The notes below the pieces were generated by a model. That model made no database searches. It saw only the letters and a program-made list of their open reading frames with translations, and was not told where the DNA came from. The translations under genes and the position numbers were made by a program. A stretch of DNA of 63,175 nt, filler included, from Gonapodya sp. JEL0774 (Eukaryota): the NCBI GenBank assembly GCA_027604505.1. It is 33 parts of 33 records of this genome, joined end to end, with 100 filler letters (N's around TTAATTAATTAA, not from the genome) between each part and the next. Parts side by side here need not be neighbours in the genome. Positions count along the whole stretch, not along the records: positions 23,147 to 24,967 come from JADIIX010002571.1; positions 25,068 to 26,887 come from JADIIX010002572.1; positions 26,988 to 28,806 come from JADIIX010002573.1; positions 28,907 to 30,722 come from JADIIX010002574.1; positions 30,823 to 32,638 come from JADIIX010002575.1; positions 32,739 to 34,553 come from JADIIX010002576.1; positions 34,654 to 36,468 come from JADIIX010002577.1; positions 36,569 to 38,382 come from JADIIX010002578.1; 25 more parts are not named here. One strand, written 5' to 3'. Within the stretch, counting starts at the first letter, position 1, and the number at the start of each line of letters is the position of its first letter. Shown here one piece after another: positions 24,713-36,609 of this stretch.

Positions 24713-24967
24713 TCATTTCCCTGTCACCCTCGCCACGGCCCTCACTGGCGCCCCGTCCGCCTCTCTCAACTTCATGGGCATCAAAAATACCTCCACTGAC
24801 CACCCTTCACACTGTTTCTCGAGCACTTCATCCAACCTCGCAAAGTTCTCCCCGATGACACACCCGGCCTCGGCTAGCACCAGGTGCGTGGCGAGGGAAA
24901 AGGATTCGGGGGGTTCGGACGGCGCGGGAGTGCGGTCCACGCTGAGGGCGTCGATCGCGATGGTGCG
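24713..24967 (-). CDS. Cyclase/kynurenine formamidase (KynB-like) family, C-terminus
   Basis: IDALSVD...THLVL...IGENFARLD...PMKLREADGAPVRAVA*. Confidence 0.85.
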   Translation of the reverse strand, partial: RTIAIDALSVDRTPAPSEPPESFSLATHLVLAEAGCVIGENFARLDEVLEKQCEGWSVEVFLMPMKLREADGAPVRAVARVTGK

Positions 24968-25067
24968 NNNNNNNNNNNNNNNNNNNNNNNNNNNNNNNNN
25001 NNNNNNNNNNNTTAATTAATTAANNNNNNNNNNNNNNNNNNNNNNNNNNNNNNNNNNNNNNNNNNNN

Positions 25068-26051
25068 CCTGCGCGAACATTTGTTTGGATTCCCTTCCAA
25101 CCAAGGGATAGTTCAAGCCTTGCTATCGTTTGATTTACCATCTTTGAAACCTCTTTTCAGTACTGTTGATGATCTCCAAGTGCTTCGTGACTATGTTGGA
25201 AATGTTATGGAAAACAGCGGTGTCAACCCAGAGGAATTGTTTCGGATCGACAAATTTACCCTGCCGAGGTGTTTACAGGGATCGATGCCCTATGTCTCTC
25301 TGAGAACATACGACTATCTTTGGGATCTGAAGGAAGCTGAGGTGGAGGCAAGCCGTGCGCATACTTGTGAGCTCTGAAATCTCCTCATCAGATGTCTCAC
25401 CGAAGTTCCCCATACAGGTCTAAGCGTGGGACTCAGACTCAGTGCCAAAATGGAATTCAAGAAAATTCGATCAATTATTTCAGAAATGGTTACCGATCTA
25501 AAGGGAGGAGCCGCAGAGCTCATCAGAGCCAGGTGGGAGACTAGGCTCGCTGGCGTCTGTGCACTAAATGTGTTTAATTCATTTGCTGAGGCTGCTAATT
25601 CTTCGGTACATTAGTGGGGAGCACTTTGTAGAGCTCAGCAGGACTCAACCATCCGAAGTCGCCACGAGGATTCTGTACCGGCGGTTCAAACCTGTTGAGG
25701 GATCTGTTGTTAACATTCCAAGTCCATCCCAGCCACTTCGTCAGCCCATGTCCATCACACTGGACCAATTCGCACCAAAGCCCGAGAAAATTTCACGACC
25801 AGTCATCCCAATCTCATGCAAATTGGTCCCCACACGTGATGCTCGTAGACTAGCTGATGCCTTCCTGGAAGAACAGGAACAGAGAGGTAAGTGCTTTTTA
25901 TTCTGGTACCGTGGGACCAAGCCTCACATTTGAAGTCATTTTAGAACGATTTATACAGCTGATACAAGAGGAAGCCCTTGAAGTCCGCATGGTGCTGCTG
26001 AAGGCGATTGAGGAAGTGGCAAACTATTACTTGAATTATCTTGGCCATTGA
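25068..26051 (+). CDS. Hypothetical protein C-terminus, multi-exon
   Basis: Successive open segments separated by GT-AG-like intervals, ending at TGA 26051. No family recognised. Confidence 0.45.
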
Positions 26052-26428
26052 GCCTGTAATTTTTATTGTACGCTAGAAAATCACTACCCTAGATCATCGC
26101 GGCTTTTGCTGACCCCTATTGAACAATTCGCATTGTTGGACTGGAGACACGTTGAACTTCTGACCACGGCACTTATTAGTCACAGGAGGGTGATATCTAA
26201 AAAAATTACATAAAAGACGGTAAACTAATTCTGCCGAGTAAGATAATGATGTGTAAACATTCTTTCATTAATCAAACGGAGCCGATACGATTCCTCAACA
26301 TAAACAACGCGGCCTTTCACGCCCTCCCGACACTTCCCCTAACCGTCGGCGAGTGTAGAGTTTGAAGCTTTTGCCGGTGCATATGATTCATGCATTGTCT
26401 GTCAGCGGAGAAGAACACAGTAAGCTGA

Positions 26429-26887
26429 TCAATCACTCAAACCAATATGCAGTTTGGTTTGATCACCTCTTGCCAGCGCCATCCCGCCTGATAACAAGAG
26501 CGCCCGTACAGATTGGGCATCCTTCCAGCAATCTCCCTCTCTAATCTCTGAAAAATCAACGCAGGCATTCCCGCCACACTGAATTTGCTTGCAAAGGTGG
26601 CGGTACATGTTGACCGCAGATTTTTCGCAGTCGAATCCATTGTCGAAGATTTGAGAGCGTGGATTGATTGGATTAGAAAGGCCAAAGACCCCACGCAGCT
26701 TTTCAAACAGTTTTGAATTCAAATGATTGCAGGTAGCATCAATCGGTCCTTCATCATCTTCAATGGGTGACTGAGGATCTTTCGCTGCCTCAATCGCACT
26801 CCGAACAACTTCTTCAGGCCAACAGAGAATTCGAGTCATAACATTCAGGGCTTCATTTCCAATTGTTGTATTGATGTCTTCAAGTTG
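26429..26887 (-). CDS. Hypothetical protein C-terminus
   Basis: The frame is open from the contig edge to a stop at 26429 and converges on the upstream gene. Confidence 0.5.
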   Translation of the reverse strand, partial: QLEDINTTIGNEALNVMTRILCWPEEVVRSAIEAAKDPQSPIEDDEGPIDATCNHLNSKLFEKLRGVFGLSNPINPRSQIFDNGFDCEKSAVNMYRHLCKQIQCGGNACVDFSEIREGDCWKDAQSVRALLLSGGMALARGDQTKLHIGLSD

Positions 26888-27614
26888 NNNNNNNNNNNNN
26901 NNNNNNNNNNNNNNNNNNNNNNNNNNNNNNNTTAATTAATTAANNNNNNNNNNNNNNNNNNNNNNNNNNNNNNNNNNNNNNNNNNNNACACACTTTGTGT
27001 GTCGCAAAATACAAACCATCGACTCACCCCTCTTTGTGAGTTTTCCCCGACCCGAGTGGGGCCCGGCAACCTTTGCCGAGCAGCTCGCATGACCCCCTTC
27101 ACTTCTTAAAATCAAAAGAATGAAGCCCCGCTTCGCTTTCGCTCAGCGAAACTTCGTCTTCATCACTAAGTACTAGAGAAAGATCCCTTGATAGCACCAC
27201 ATGGCGTACCCGAATTCTCTGTCGAGCCTCGGCAGCAATGGTCTCCTCGGATAGGAATGCCCAGACTCTCCTTTTGCTCCGATATGAGCAGTCAACGGTC
27301 CAGTTCTTCCAAAGAACTTCAAAGGCAATTGGTTGCCAATGTTTGCTTCATTTCAGTATCGATCGAGTGAAAGCCGAAAGGAATATCGCAACTCGGTCAG
27401 ATTTGGAAGGAGATAACAGGCCCGAATACCGCCAAGATGGACCAGAACTCACCAAACTTGAACACAAGCAGCCTGGTCCCATTCATCCAAGTTCCAAAAT
27501 ATCCTATCAAGAAGCTCTGGCATACGCAGTGCACGGTCCATTGTCGCAGGAACCCGGGGTAGGTAACAAACTACGTGGTGAAAGACGTTTCCCCCTTTGA
27601 CGGGAGATCACTGA

Positions 27615-28806
27615 TCAGTCTGTTTCCAACTGGAAATCCCACAAATGGGTGACCATGTCAGCCCAAGGTACGTTGAAACGTGAACCGCCGATGTCGAACC
27701 CACAGACAGTGGTCTCAGGAATGTTGATTGGAATATGTATGTTGGTTGGGTTGATAGATTTGCCCGCACCCCCATTCAACCAACACAAAGGGCAAAGAAA
27801 CCAACTCTCAGAGCCATCATGTCTTCCATGACACACCACAGCGTACAAATCATTTGCACCCCATCATAGTCTGACCAGCTCAGTATCACACATGGCAAAC
27901 TGGAGATGTCCCCTCCCCGCACATATCCACAACACAACTGACGTATATTCGTCTGATACTCGCTCACCCACCTATAACCGTGAACAGAGCGAATTTGGTC
28001 CCGTAACTTCATTCTACAAATGCACTCGCTTTTGATCAGATAACCATGACTATTCGCTGGCGCATGCGGCAGGGCTAGATATGTCCACACCCCCTCCGTG
28101 GACGGTTTCGTCGTGTCTAGCTCTGTACAGCATGTAGGGCTTTGCTACCCATCGAGGGTATTCGTTGTACCCGAGAGGCCTACTACCACCCCGGGTCAAA
28201 TCCACCAAAACACCCAACCCGTCCTTTCCACCTCTGGTCCCCATCATGCTGTTCGGCCTGTGTGGGGAGGGGGCTCCTGTTCCACCGGAAAAACAAGGTC
28301 ACCGTTGGTGAGCGGGTTCGATTCGCTGCATCCAACTTGGCCTTCCGCACTTTGTCTGGTCCGATGGCAGTCGCACCTAGACTCAATACTTTGAGTTTCA
28401 GAAGGGCAGTGACGGCTCGCAGGGGAATATCAAGAGGGCATGCCCCGAATGCTGACAGCTCCAGTACGCTCAGACCTTGGCAGTGTGGTACTACGGCCTC
28501 GACCAAATCCATTGGGAGGTGTTCGAACGAGACAGTGGCGCACACAGACGCAAGACCTGGAGGCGATTGCCTATACGGGACAAACCAGAGGCGACCTTGT
28601 CCGAAATAGACGGTGAGTACTCCATCTTGAGCGCTGACAAGTTAGCAAGGCCTTCCAAGGGTGTCAATGATTCCGGCACATATGTGATGGTGACATCCCT
28701 GAGCACCTGGTATTGCTGCACATGCTCCCCATTCTGTAGACACTCCCATTCACTGTGCAGAGAGTGCAACGATCCAAGGAATGTGGAAGGAAGTGTAACT
28801 GTAGGG
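27615..28806 (-). pseudogene. Frameshifted LRR-like gene remnant
   Basis: LxxLxL repeats (LANLSALKM, RLQVLRL, GLSVLEL, KLKVLSL) split across two frames near 28545, with stops downstream. Confidence 0.4.
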
Positions 28807-28965
28807 NNNNNNNNNNNNNNNNNNNNNNNNNNNNNNNNNNNNNNNNNNNNTTAATTAATTAANNNNNNNNNNNNNNNNNNNNNNNNNNNNNNNNNNNNNN
28901 NNNNNNGATCAACGCCACGCAAAGATTGCAATCTTGCGATCGCTCCAGGCTTCGTTGTAAACTCA

Positions 28966-29554
28966 CCACAAGGAACAACTTCGCCGGGAATGTCCAGGGG
29001 GATATACACCTTTGGGTGCCCCAAGGCGCCCCCTCCACCATCACAGACAGCCTTCCGACCATGCACTACTCGCACAGGCTCCTCAGCAATGAGAGCTTGG
29101 GCGGACAGAGGTTGGGGCTGTGAGCATTTCGCAGATTCCATTCGACCGCAAAACCATTGTCCGTCATTACCAACACTTGATGGGAGTTAAAAACTTTTCA
29201 TTTCCGACAACGCACCTGCTTGCTCAGGTCCGTTTGCTCGAATCTCACCCCCCTGTATGCCATACTCCTGGGTCTCTGGCTTTTGCTCCACGTCTGTGCG
29301 TTGTTCGGTGCCTGCTCGACAGCCAACCCGCCCTCTTGCAGCGTCTTCAGATTAGGTACTGGTGTGTGCGTGAAATCGATTACGGCTGGGGCGCGCTTTG
29401 GAGTGGCGGGGAGAGTGGATTGAACGAAATATGGGGAGGACGAAGAGAGGGAACGAGCAAGCACGGGGGCGACGGCGACCGAGGGAAAAGGAATTGCAGG
29501 AGCGAAGCGCATCGAACGCTTGAAGATAACTGGCGTGCGGGCAGTGGATGCCAT
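28966..29554 (-). CDS. NDUFS6: Complex I zinc-binding 13 kDa subunit (NDUFS6), 3'-truncated
   Basis: Mitochondrial presequence. QAPN...WSKSQRPR...[22 protein letters not shown]...[15 protein letters not shown]. Confidence 0.93.
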
Positions 29555-29923
29555 CAGTGCTGGGGAACGGGGCAATTGTTATGTGAGTTGATCTCCAATG
29601 GCTGGCCAGGCCAGTACTTCCTTGCACACAATGTGAAGGTGCAGGAATACCGTAAACGCGTGAGCAGCCAGCTTTGTACTCTGCTCGTTAAGCGTATATT
29701 TATCAGCTTCTTCAGCGAAATTTCAAGATGTCGATCACTCAAAGCTCAATATGAAGATTTGTTAATAATAGCTGGGGAAGTAACCTGAATTTCATAAGGA
29801 TACGCGCTTCAGTGCCGAAATCAACGAACTTAGTTTGAGTTGACGTTCCGTGTTCGGGGAAAGTCGTTCCGGCTTGTCCGCCCATAAATTAGCCTGAAAC
29901 AGTCCTGAACGGTCACACTTCGC

Positions 29924-30330
29924 ATGGGAATGAATACAAGCAAGCCATCGCCGCCTTCGAAACCGGCATCAGCTTCATCTGTTTCATCAGCAATCTCGCC
30001 ATCGGCAGCCAACCGGCGCAAGTCGCTGTATCCTGTCCCGACCTCTGAAAGTGCTCCTTCGCCACCACCGCCCCTCATGCAGGATCTGGAACAAAACCCC
30101 ACAGTGGGAGAGACGCTCAACTATCAGCCGCTCTTTCCGGGAGACTTTCCGCAGCCGCACTCCTACCCACCGCCTTCGGATATGGTGTTCAGAAATTACC
30201 ACGGGCTGAGGATAGCCGCCAAGGTACGACACACGGCATGAGGTATAAAGAACTACGAGAAAGAGTATACTGAAAGCTTGTTTTCCTGACCTGGATTGAA
30301 GGTGTGGGGACAGCGGCCTGTTCGAGGTGA
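29924..30330 (+). CDS. Possible alpha/beta hydrolase (SERHL-like) N-terminus, head-to-head with NDUFS6
   Basis: Pro/Ser-rich start, then HGLRIAAK|VWG across an intron at about 30224-30301. Confidence 0.4.
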
Positions 30331-30822
30331 CTCATGGTTCATTCCTGCAACTGTGGGCTTCGTTCTCACGCTGTCTCACCACTCTGCTTCATCTTATCGG
30401 TGCACCTTGAAATTCCATGCGCATGCATGATCACCTGCACCCAGGGCGCGCACGAGCCGGCTGGCTGCGCGTCATTGCGGTTCACGTGAGTGATAGTAAG
30501 CTCCGTTGGCACCGATCCCGACTTTCGCTCAGTACATTCAACCATTTGCCATTGACTTTAGGGTTGGCTTGACAATGCGGCCACCTGGGACAACATGATG
30601 CCTCCCCTCTTGTCTCAGCTCCTCCGATTCGTGCGTACACAATTCGTTCTGACTCCCGGATAGACACCACTGTCTCACTCGGCATTGTTTGCTCACCCAC
30701 AGTACCCTTCCCATCGCGTAACNNNNNNNNNNNNNNNNNNNNNNNNNNNNNNNNNNNNNNNNNNNNTTAATTAATTAANNNNNNNNNNNNNNNNNNNNNN
30801 NNNNNNNNNNNNNNNNNNNNNN

Positions 30823-31632
30823 CTGGGTCGGATGGAAGAGAAGGAACACGTCCCGGTAGAAAGAATGCATCATCGGTAATGTCACCAAAAAGTGTTTTAA
30901 CTGCAGGTGGGTTTGACTCGTCCTTGAAGAGTTTCATCCCGGATTTCCTGAAACCAAATATGGGCTGAGAAAAGGAAAGTCAGCGAAGAACCAATCAACA
31001 GGAGCCCACCAGTAGTCGTCAGTAACATCAAGAGCAAGAATATCTTCTCCGGGCCTTGGATTTGGAAATGTATGAGTTGTTATTGTGTTGGGAGACACTC
31101 AGTACTGTGTCGCGAATTTGAACAAACAAACCAGCCATCGTTGAGCACAGCTCTGACGTCTGCGCCAAAAGAGCAGCCAATTTCCTATAAGGCGCAATGA
31201 GAGAGTATGACGCTTATTAATGAAGTCAAACAGGTGGAGCATGAACTTGTTTCTGAATTAGATCGGTGACTCACCAAAAACCTTTTACCTTCACCCCTCT
31301 CAGCTAGAACGGCTTGATACGTCGGAAACTTGATAACTTTGGGAGACACATAGTTGATTCGCTTCATACACCCGTACATGTGACTCTGCACAATGATCGG
31401 CACACAAATCCAACTAGTTGCCGCTGACACAAAGTAGAATACGACAATGCGTGACACTTACGCCACTTGTGACCATGGCTTTCCAGTGCTCCTCCACGTG
31501 CTCACGAACAGCGGACAGGTCACTCTCGTTGGTCCATTTTGCTAAAAACATTAAGTCTGCTTCCGGGATGGGTGGTGGGACAGGACCCGAGGGCGGAGAA
31601 GCATCAGAGTGTGTCTTAGTAGAAGCTAGCAT
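30823..31632 (-). CDS. Class I SAM-dependent methyltransferase (fungal AusD/GedG-like), 5' part
   Basis: VREHV...W...HMYGC...FPTYQAVL...RFL|EIGCSFGADVR...DG...GMKLFKD...GDI. Confidence 0.75.
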
Positions 31633-32747
31633 GATAGGGGTACGCTCGGGATCGTGGTGAATGAAAGGGGTACGTTCGGGATGGGGAGTATCTCGGGTTT
31701 ATGCACTACACAATGACCGGCGCCTCAATACAAACCGGAGAAGGCCACGGGCCGGCATCGGTCTCCTCCACTTATTCTGTTTGGAACATAATGCATTGGA
31801 GTTTTTTCGGCAGAGAGAGAAAGAATGCCAGCACTTTCAGTGTGATCGGATGAATCGTCATTCATCTGGGGCACGTTGCGTAATTTCAAGTTCGTGCATG
31901 GAGAACTTGTTTCGATATCTTCTGGAAAAAGCGGCGAACACCACCTTGAATGAATTCATGACTCATTCACATTCCTTCAACGTTATAACAAGCTTCAAGT
32001 TCTTAACTCGCAGCGACTGGCAAAGCTTCGATGTCATAAACGTATTTACAACGGACTTACTCAAGAGTAGCTCGTTTATTGCTCGTAGCAATTCTCAAAA
32101 TGCCCAATTTCATCCGTTGGTGCTTTTTGTGGTACCAAGCGTTCTGGGGGTGATCCATCACCAGCACTTCCAAAAAGTCACTCACCCCCGACGGAAGACT
32201 GCACAATACCAATACGGTAGGATTGATCCAGTATTACGAATACTACCGACCCTTTCCGCTCTACTTCGTGGACAACTCCGAAATCGAAGACAGGGGCGAG
32301 TGAACTGGCCTTGCATGCACGCGTGACTGTTCACAACGGAACCAGGGTTCGGCGGACAGACTGGAGTAAGTCAGAGGGCAGCCCGCAGACAGAGAACGGA
32401 CAGTTACAAGGTGAGCTCTGGTGGCTATTTCGGCCTGTTTGATTCCGGGGGAGAGTTCATCGGCGAAGTGTTGGTGGGACTTAGCGAAGCCGGCAAGGAA
32501 AGATGGGGCGAACGTTGTTAGCAATAGTCTCAATGGTGCGACCGTGATATCAGAATTGAACGGTCACAGTCGATTGCGGTTCCGTGAAAGTTCTGAGGGT
32601 TGCTTACATACTCGTCCCGTTCCAGACGAACCACACCANNNNNNNNNNNNNNNNNNNNNNNNNNNNNNNNNNNNNNNNNNNNTTAATTAATTAANNNNNN
32701 NNNNNNNNNNNNNNNNNNNNNNNNNNNNNNNNNNNNNNTACCTCAGG

Positions 32748-33228
32748 AATTCTTCAACACAAATCCTAATGCCGATCGTTTCCGGCAAGTACGTGGGGAA
32801 ATTGACCAGGTGAAAAATGTCATGGTCCACAACATTGGTGGGTTCAGTGACCTGCACGACAGAGCTCTGTGCCCATAATCAACACAATTCTCACGTGTGT
32901 CCTAAAAGAGCGGGTTCTCGAGCGCGGAGAGCGAATCGAAGACTTGGTTGATAAGACCAATAACTTGAATAGACAATCCTTCGGATTCCGCAAAGGAGCC
33001 ACATTACTCAGGCGACAAATGGTTTGTTGCCACTTTTCACGCATACACACCCACCAAAGGCTGTTTCATGTTTCATGATTTCTCTGTCCCCCCTTTTCAA
33101 CCCAGTGGTGGAAAAACTCTAAACTGGTTGCTATTCTTGTCATTGTTTCCATTCTGCTGCTCTATTTCATTGTGGCGATGGCATGTGGATTTCCCGGATG
33201 GCAGAATTGCGTCCATAAACCAAATTAA
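32748..33228 (+). CDS. VAMP7: R-SNARE VAMP7-like protein, C-terminus
   Basis: VRGEIDQVKNVMVHNI|ERVLERGERIEDLVDKT...RQM|WWKN, then a TM helix and a C-G...W..C luminal tail. Confidence 0.88.
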
Positions 33229-33416
33229 CATGGAATCTGAAGGTCGAGGTAGAAATCACCAGTTTGCATCCTCCAAGGTTCCTCGCAGCCGGAAATTTTC
33301 ATGCGATTGCGTTTCACCTGTTTTGATATTCAAACCATTAGTTAAATGTTACATGTGAGAATACTCTGCAAATTGCGTGCAGCTTTATAATACATGGTAT
33401 CGTTGCAAGAATCAGA

Positions 33417-34553
33417 TTAATATCCAACAGTACTCATCCAGTTCAACATCTCACCCAAAATCTGAAAGCCTTGCATTTCAGCCAGTCCCTTCAGTACGGC
33501 CACACGTCGAGTGACATCATTCTTGCTTCTCGAGCAAGCAAAATCACCACCGCAGCGTCCACAAACTGACGCCAAGCTGTCGCCTTTCACGGTTCGGCAA
33601 CGACGGCAACTAACGTCTTGCAGTTGCCAAGAAAGAAGCCGCCTTCCCACAACATCGACCAGCTCTTCTTCGATTGCTCGCTTGTTGTGTTCGGTACCGC
33701 AACCCTGGCAAAGCCATGGTCTCGGTTTAGCTGTCCCGGAAGACATATCCGGCAGCAAGTCTGAGTCACGGCATAGATCAAGGTCGCGACAAAGGTTGCA
33801 GTAGTCACAAATGACTCGAGGAAGTCGGACCGTCTCGCAGGGGTTCACGAAGCGCGCCTGCTCCGAGAAATCCGAGATTCCTATGAGAGTAAGTAGACTT
33901 TTCTTCAGCTTCCGAACCTCCCGCTCCACCGACACATCCAGTTCTAGCACTGCACACACAGACTTGACAAACTCGAGGGCAACATTTGTCATGACAAGGT
34001 GGGAACCGGGAAGAACGGGGAAGGATGCGGCCACACGATCCTCCTCGGTGTGAGCTGAGGCCGCTGACACATTTCGGCTGATGTCTTTTACTAGGGAAAG
34101 GAGTTGTCGACCAAGAATCGTTTCGATGAGATTACGCTTGAATCGGGCTTCCTCACTGGCGTGGTCCATTCTGACATTTTCCTGATCCGCAGGTGGTTTT
34201 TTCTCGAACTCATCATCCTCTTCGTCAACCGCCATACCATCTCCGTTTTCGATCGTGGAATGGTTGGGTTGTCTTTTAGATGCCGGAATAATCCCCAATG
34301 GATTCTTCTTGAGCCATTCCGCCTTTCTCGAGAAAATAGTAAATATGAGCTCTGCGATTATCTTGAGGAAGTGCGGTTGAATAACTGGAGGAAGATACTC
34401 CTTGATATTCCACCTCATATCAATTTGGGGACCTAATGCCCTTGACGTTGACCCCGGATGTGCGGAACTAGATTCGGTTAAATCCGGTATTCCTCCGTAG
34501 TTTGCAACGTCCATCCACAACAAGTGATTCCAGAACTGAATCGGTGAAACATC
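33417..34553 (-). CDS. POL2: DNA polymerase epsilon catalytic subunit, C-terminus
   Basis: LWMDVANYGG, WNIKEYLP, ALEFVKSVCAVL, ICDYCNLCRDLDLCRD and LQDVSCRRC zinc-finger motifs. Confidence 0.96.
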   Translation of the reverse strand, partial: DVSPIQFWNHLLWMDVANYGGIPDLTESSSAHPGSTSRALGPQIDMRWNIKEYLPPVIQPHFLKIIAELIFTIFSRKAEWLKKNPLGIIPASKRQPNHSTIENGDGMAVDEEDDEFEKKPPADQENVRMDHASEEARFKRNLIETILGRQLLSLVKDISRNVSAASAHTEEDRVAASFPVLPGSHLVMTNVALEFVKSVCAVLELDVSVEREVRKLKKSLLTLIGISDFSEQARFVNPCETVRLPRVICDYCNLCRDLDLCRDSDLLPDMSSGTAKPRPWLCQGCGTEHNKRAIEEELVDVVGRRLLSWQLQDVSCRRCRTVKGDSLASVCGRCGGDFACSRSKNDVTRRVAVLKGLAEMQGFQILGEMLNWMSTVGY

Positions 34554-34653
34554 NNNNNNNNNNNNNNNNNNNNNNNNNNNNNNNNNNNNNNNNNNNNTTA
34601 ATTAATTAANNNNNNNNNNNNNNNNNNNNNNNNNNNNNNNNNNNNNNNNNNNN

Positions 34654-36207
34654 TACGAGAAATGGGAGGATGGTAGGCGAACGCCAATCGAGTATGGGGC
34701 GAACTCTACTAACTTCGAGTGGTGGTGAGTGATCCGACACAGTACTCCGCGTCTCAGTGTTTACGTTGCGAGGGTTGCTAACAAAACGTCCTTAACTCCC
34801 AAAAAGGTACTTCGATGGTGTTGCCGAGGATGGTACCACAATTGTCTACGCTCTCTACACTGCCTGGCCCTACGGTTAGTGTCTCTCCCTGCTGCCTGTG
34901 TGAGCTGGCCCGTATTGGCCCTTTCCCAATAACAAATCCACCCCCCTCGATTTCATTTAGGCACCAACAAACCTTTTGTATCCATCACAATCACGGATCC
35001 CGCTGGTCAGACCACCGGGTGGCTTCAGCAGTTCCCCTTCTCGTCCGGATCGTGGGGCACAAGCTTTGCCAACGCTCAGGTCGGCACCAACTACTTCAAG
35101 TCCACTGGCGGTGTGAGTACCTCTAGTACCGGACAATTTCCGGAGCCCGCAAACTTCGTCTTATCGCCCTAAAAACCTCCCACAGCTTGACACTTACAAA
35201 CTCTTTGTCGATCCAGCTACAATGGCAGGATTTGGTATCAACCTCACTCTCAAGGCCAACTTGCCGAGCTGGCGTCCAGCGACTGGCTATATGGGCTTAG
35301 TTGTTGGCGGTCCAAGTGAGTTATCGGACAAAAGGGGTACTAGCTTGTTATGTGGTAGTGACGTTTGTTCTCTTCTCCCCGCCTCAGCCTTCTCTTGGTT
35401 CGTTGCTGTGCCCGAAGGCGACGTTACCGGCACATACACGCTTCCTGGTGGCGTCACGAAGCAATTCACCGGCACCGGATACCACGACCACAACTGGGGC
35501 AACGTGAACATGGCTGTTCTTCTTGAGCACTGGTGAGCTGGACTGGACCTTTTTTGATTGCCTGAGCAAATTCTAGAACACATATATCCTTTCCACGTTA
35601 CACGTCAGGTGGTGGGGACGCGGCAAAGCTGGCGGCAAGGTGGTCATCAATGCCTACCTCACTGGCTCCATCCTCTCTCTCTACTTGAAGGTCAGTCGTA
35701 CTGTTTCTCGGAGCGAAGTATCATTGTCTCACCATCTGAGACATCCTCCACATTGCGTAGGGGCCACTCATGTATGTTGCCGATATCGCCAGCAAGCAGA
35801 TTCTGGTCAGTGAATACGGCACAGACAACGTGACCGTGAAGCTCTGGGTGAGTGCGAGATGCTTTCAGTGGTCACGGCGGATCAACCTCGATCGTCATTG
35901 ATTTCTGTTCTTGATCCAGCCCGACATGACACACCCCGACCCTCTCTACCCCCGTACCACCATTGCTAGCGGTGTGAACTACACTTCTAGCAAAGGCTAC
36001 GTCGTTGCGATGAACTCGATCAACCCTCTGCTCATGTCCGTTGACCTCAGCAGCACCATCCCCAACATCCTCAAGATCACGGGCCTGTCTGGCTTGCTCA
36101 ACATCCACCCCTGGTACACGAGATTTTCTAGCACCCCGGTGCTCAAGTTCCCGAACGGCACGTCTTGGAAGGGCGTCGGGACTCATGAATACTACGAGGT
36201 CGTATAA
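34654..36207 (+). CDS. CrtC/AttH-like (lipocalin-like hydratase/cyclase fold) protein, 5'-truncated, multi-intron
   Basis: Spliced motifs WEDGRRT...FEWW|YFD...DGT, SWRPATG, WFVAVPEG.V.G and GTGYHDHNWG...W|WWGRG. Confidence 0.78.
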
Positions 36208-36609
36208 GTGAGTTGTTCGTGTAGTTCGGATTGTTTTTCCTTGCGGGAGAAATCTCATGCTCACAGGGCGGATTCATCTCTCTTAGGAGGCTGCGGAGCA
36301 ACTACTCTAAACGGAGTTGACTTGGGGGATCTTTCTTGAATTATATCTGAAGACGGGTACATACTTACTCGGAGGAGCTCGATCGCGGGCGCGATCATTG
36401 CAGCAACACAGCTCGTGACATTCGAAAAATTATGTACTGTAGTTAACAAATAAAAGCACTCTGAAGAGNNNNNNNNNNNNNNNNNNNNNNNNNNNNNNNN
36501 NNNNNNNNNNNNTTAATTAATTAANNNNNNNNNNNNNNNNNNNNNNNNNNNNNNNNNNNNNNNNNNNNAACTTTCGAGGTGATTACACATTTGTAAAAAT
36601 GTCCCACAT

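Noticed and set aside
28477..28806. Plus-strand Cys-rich ORF (WYCCTC...LCREC) as a SWIM or zinc finger
   Set aside because: The spacing does not fit CxC-xn-CxH, and the antisense LRR-like reading explains the region better.
31637..31682. Two copies of GGGGTACG(C/T)TCGGGAT upstream of the methyltransferase
   Set aside because: A single short duplication with no evidence of function.
31661..32326. 221-aa ORF
   Set aside because: No motif, no codon bias, and it lies in probable promoter or intergenic DNA.
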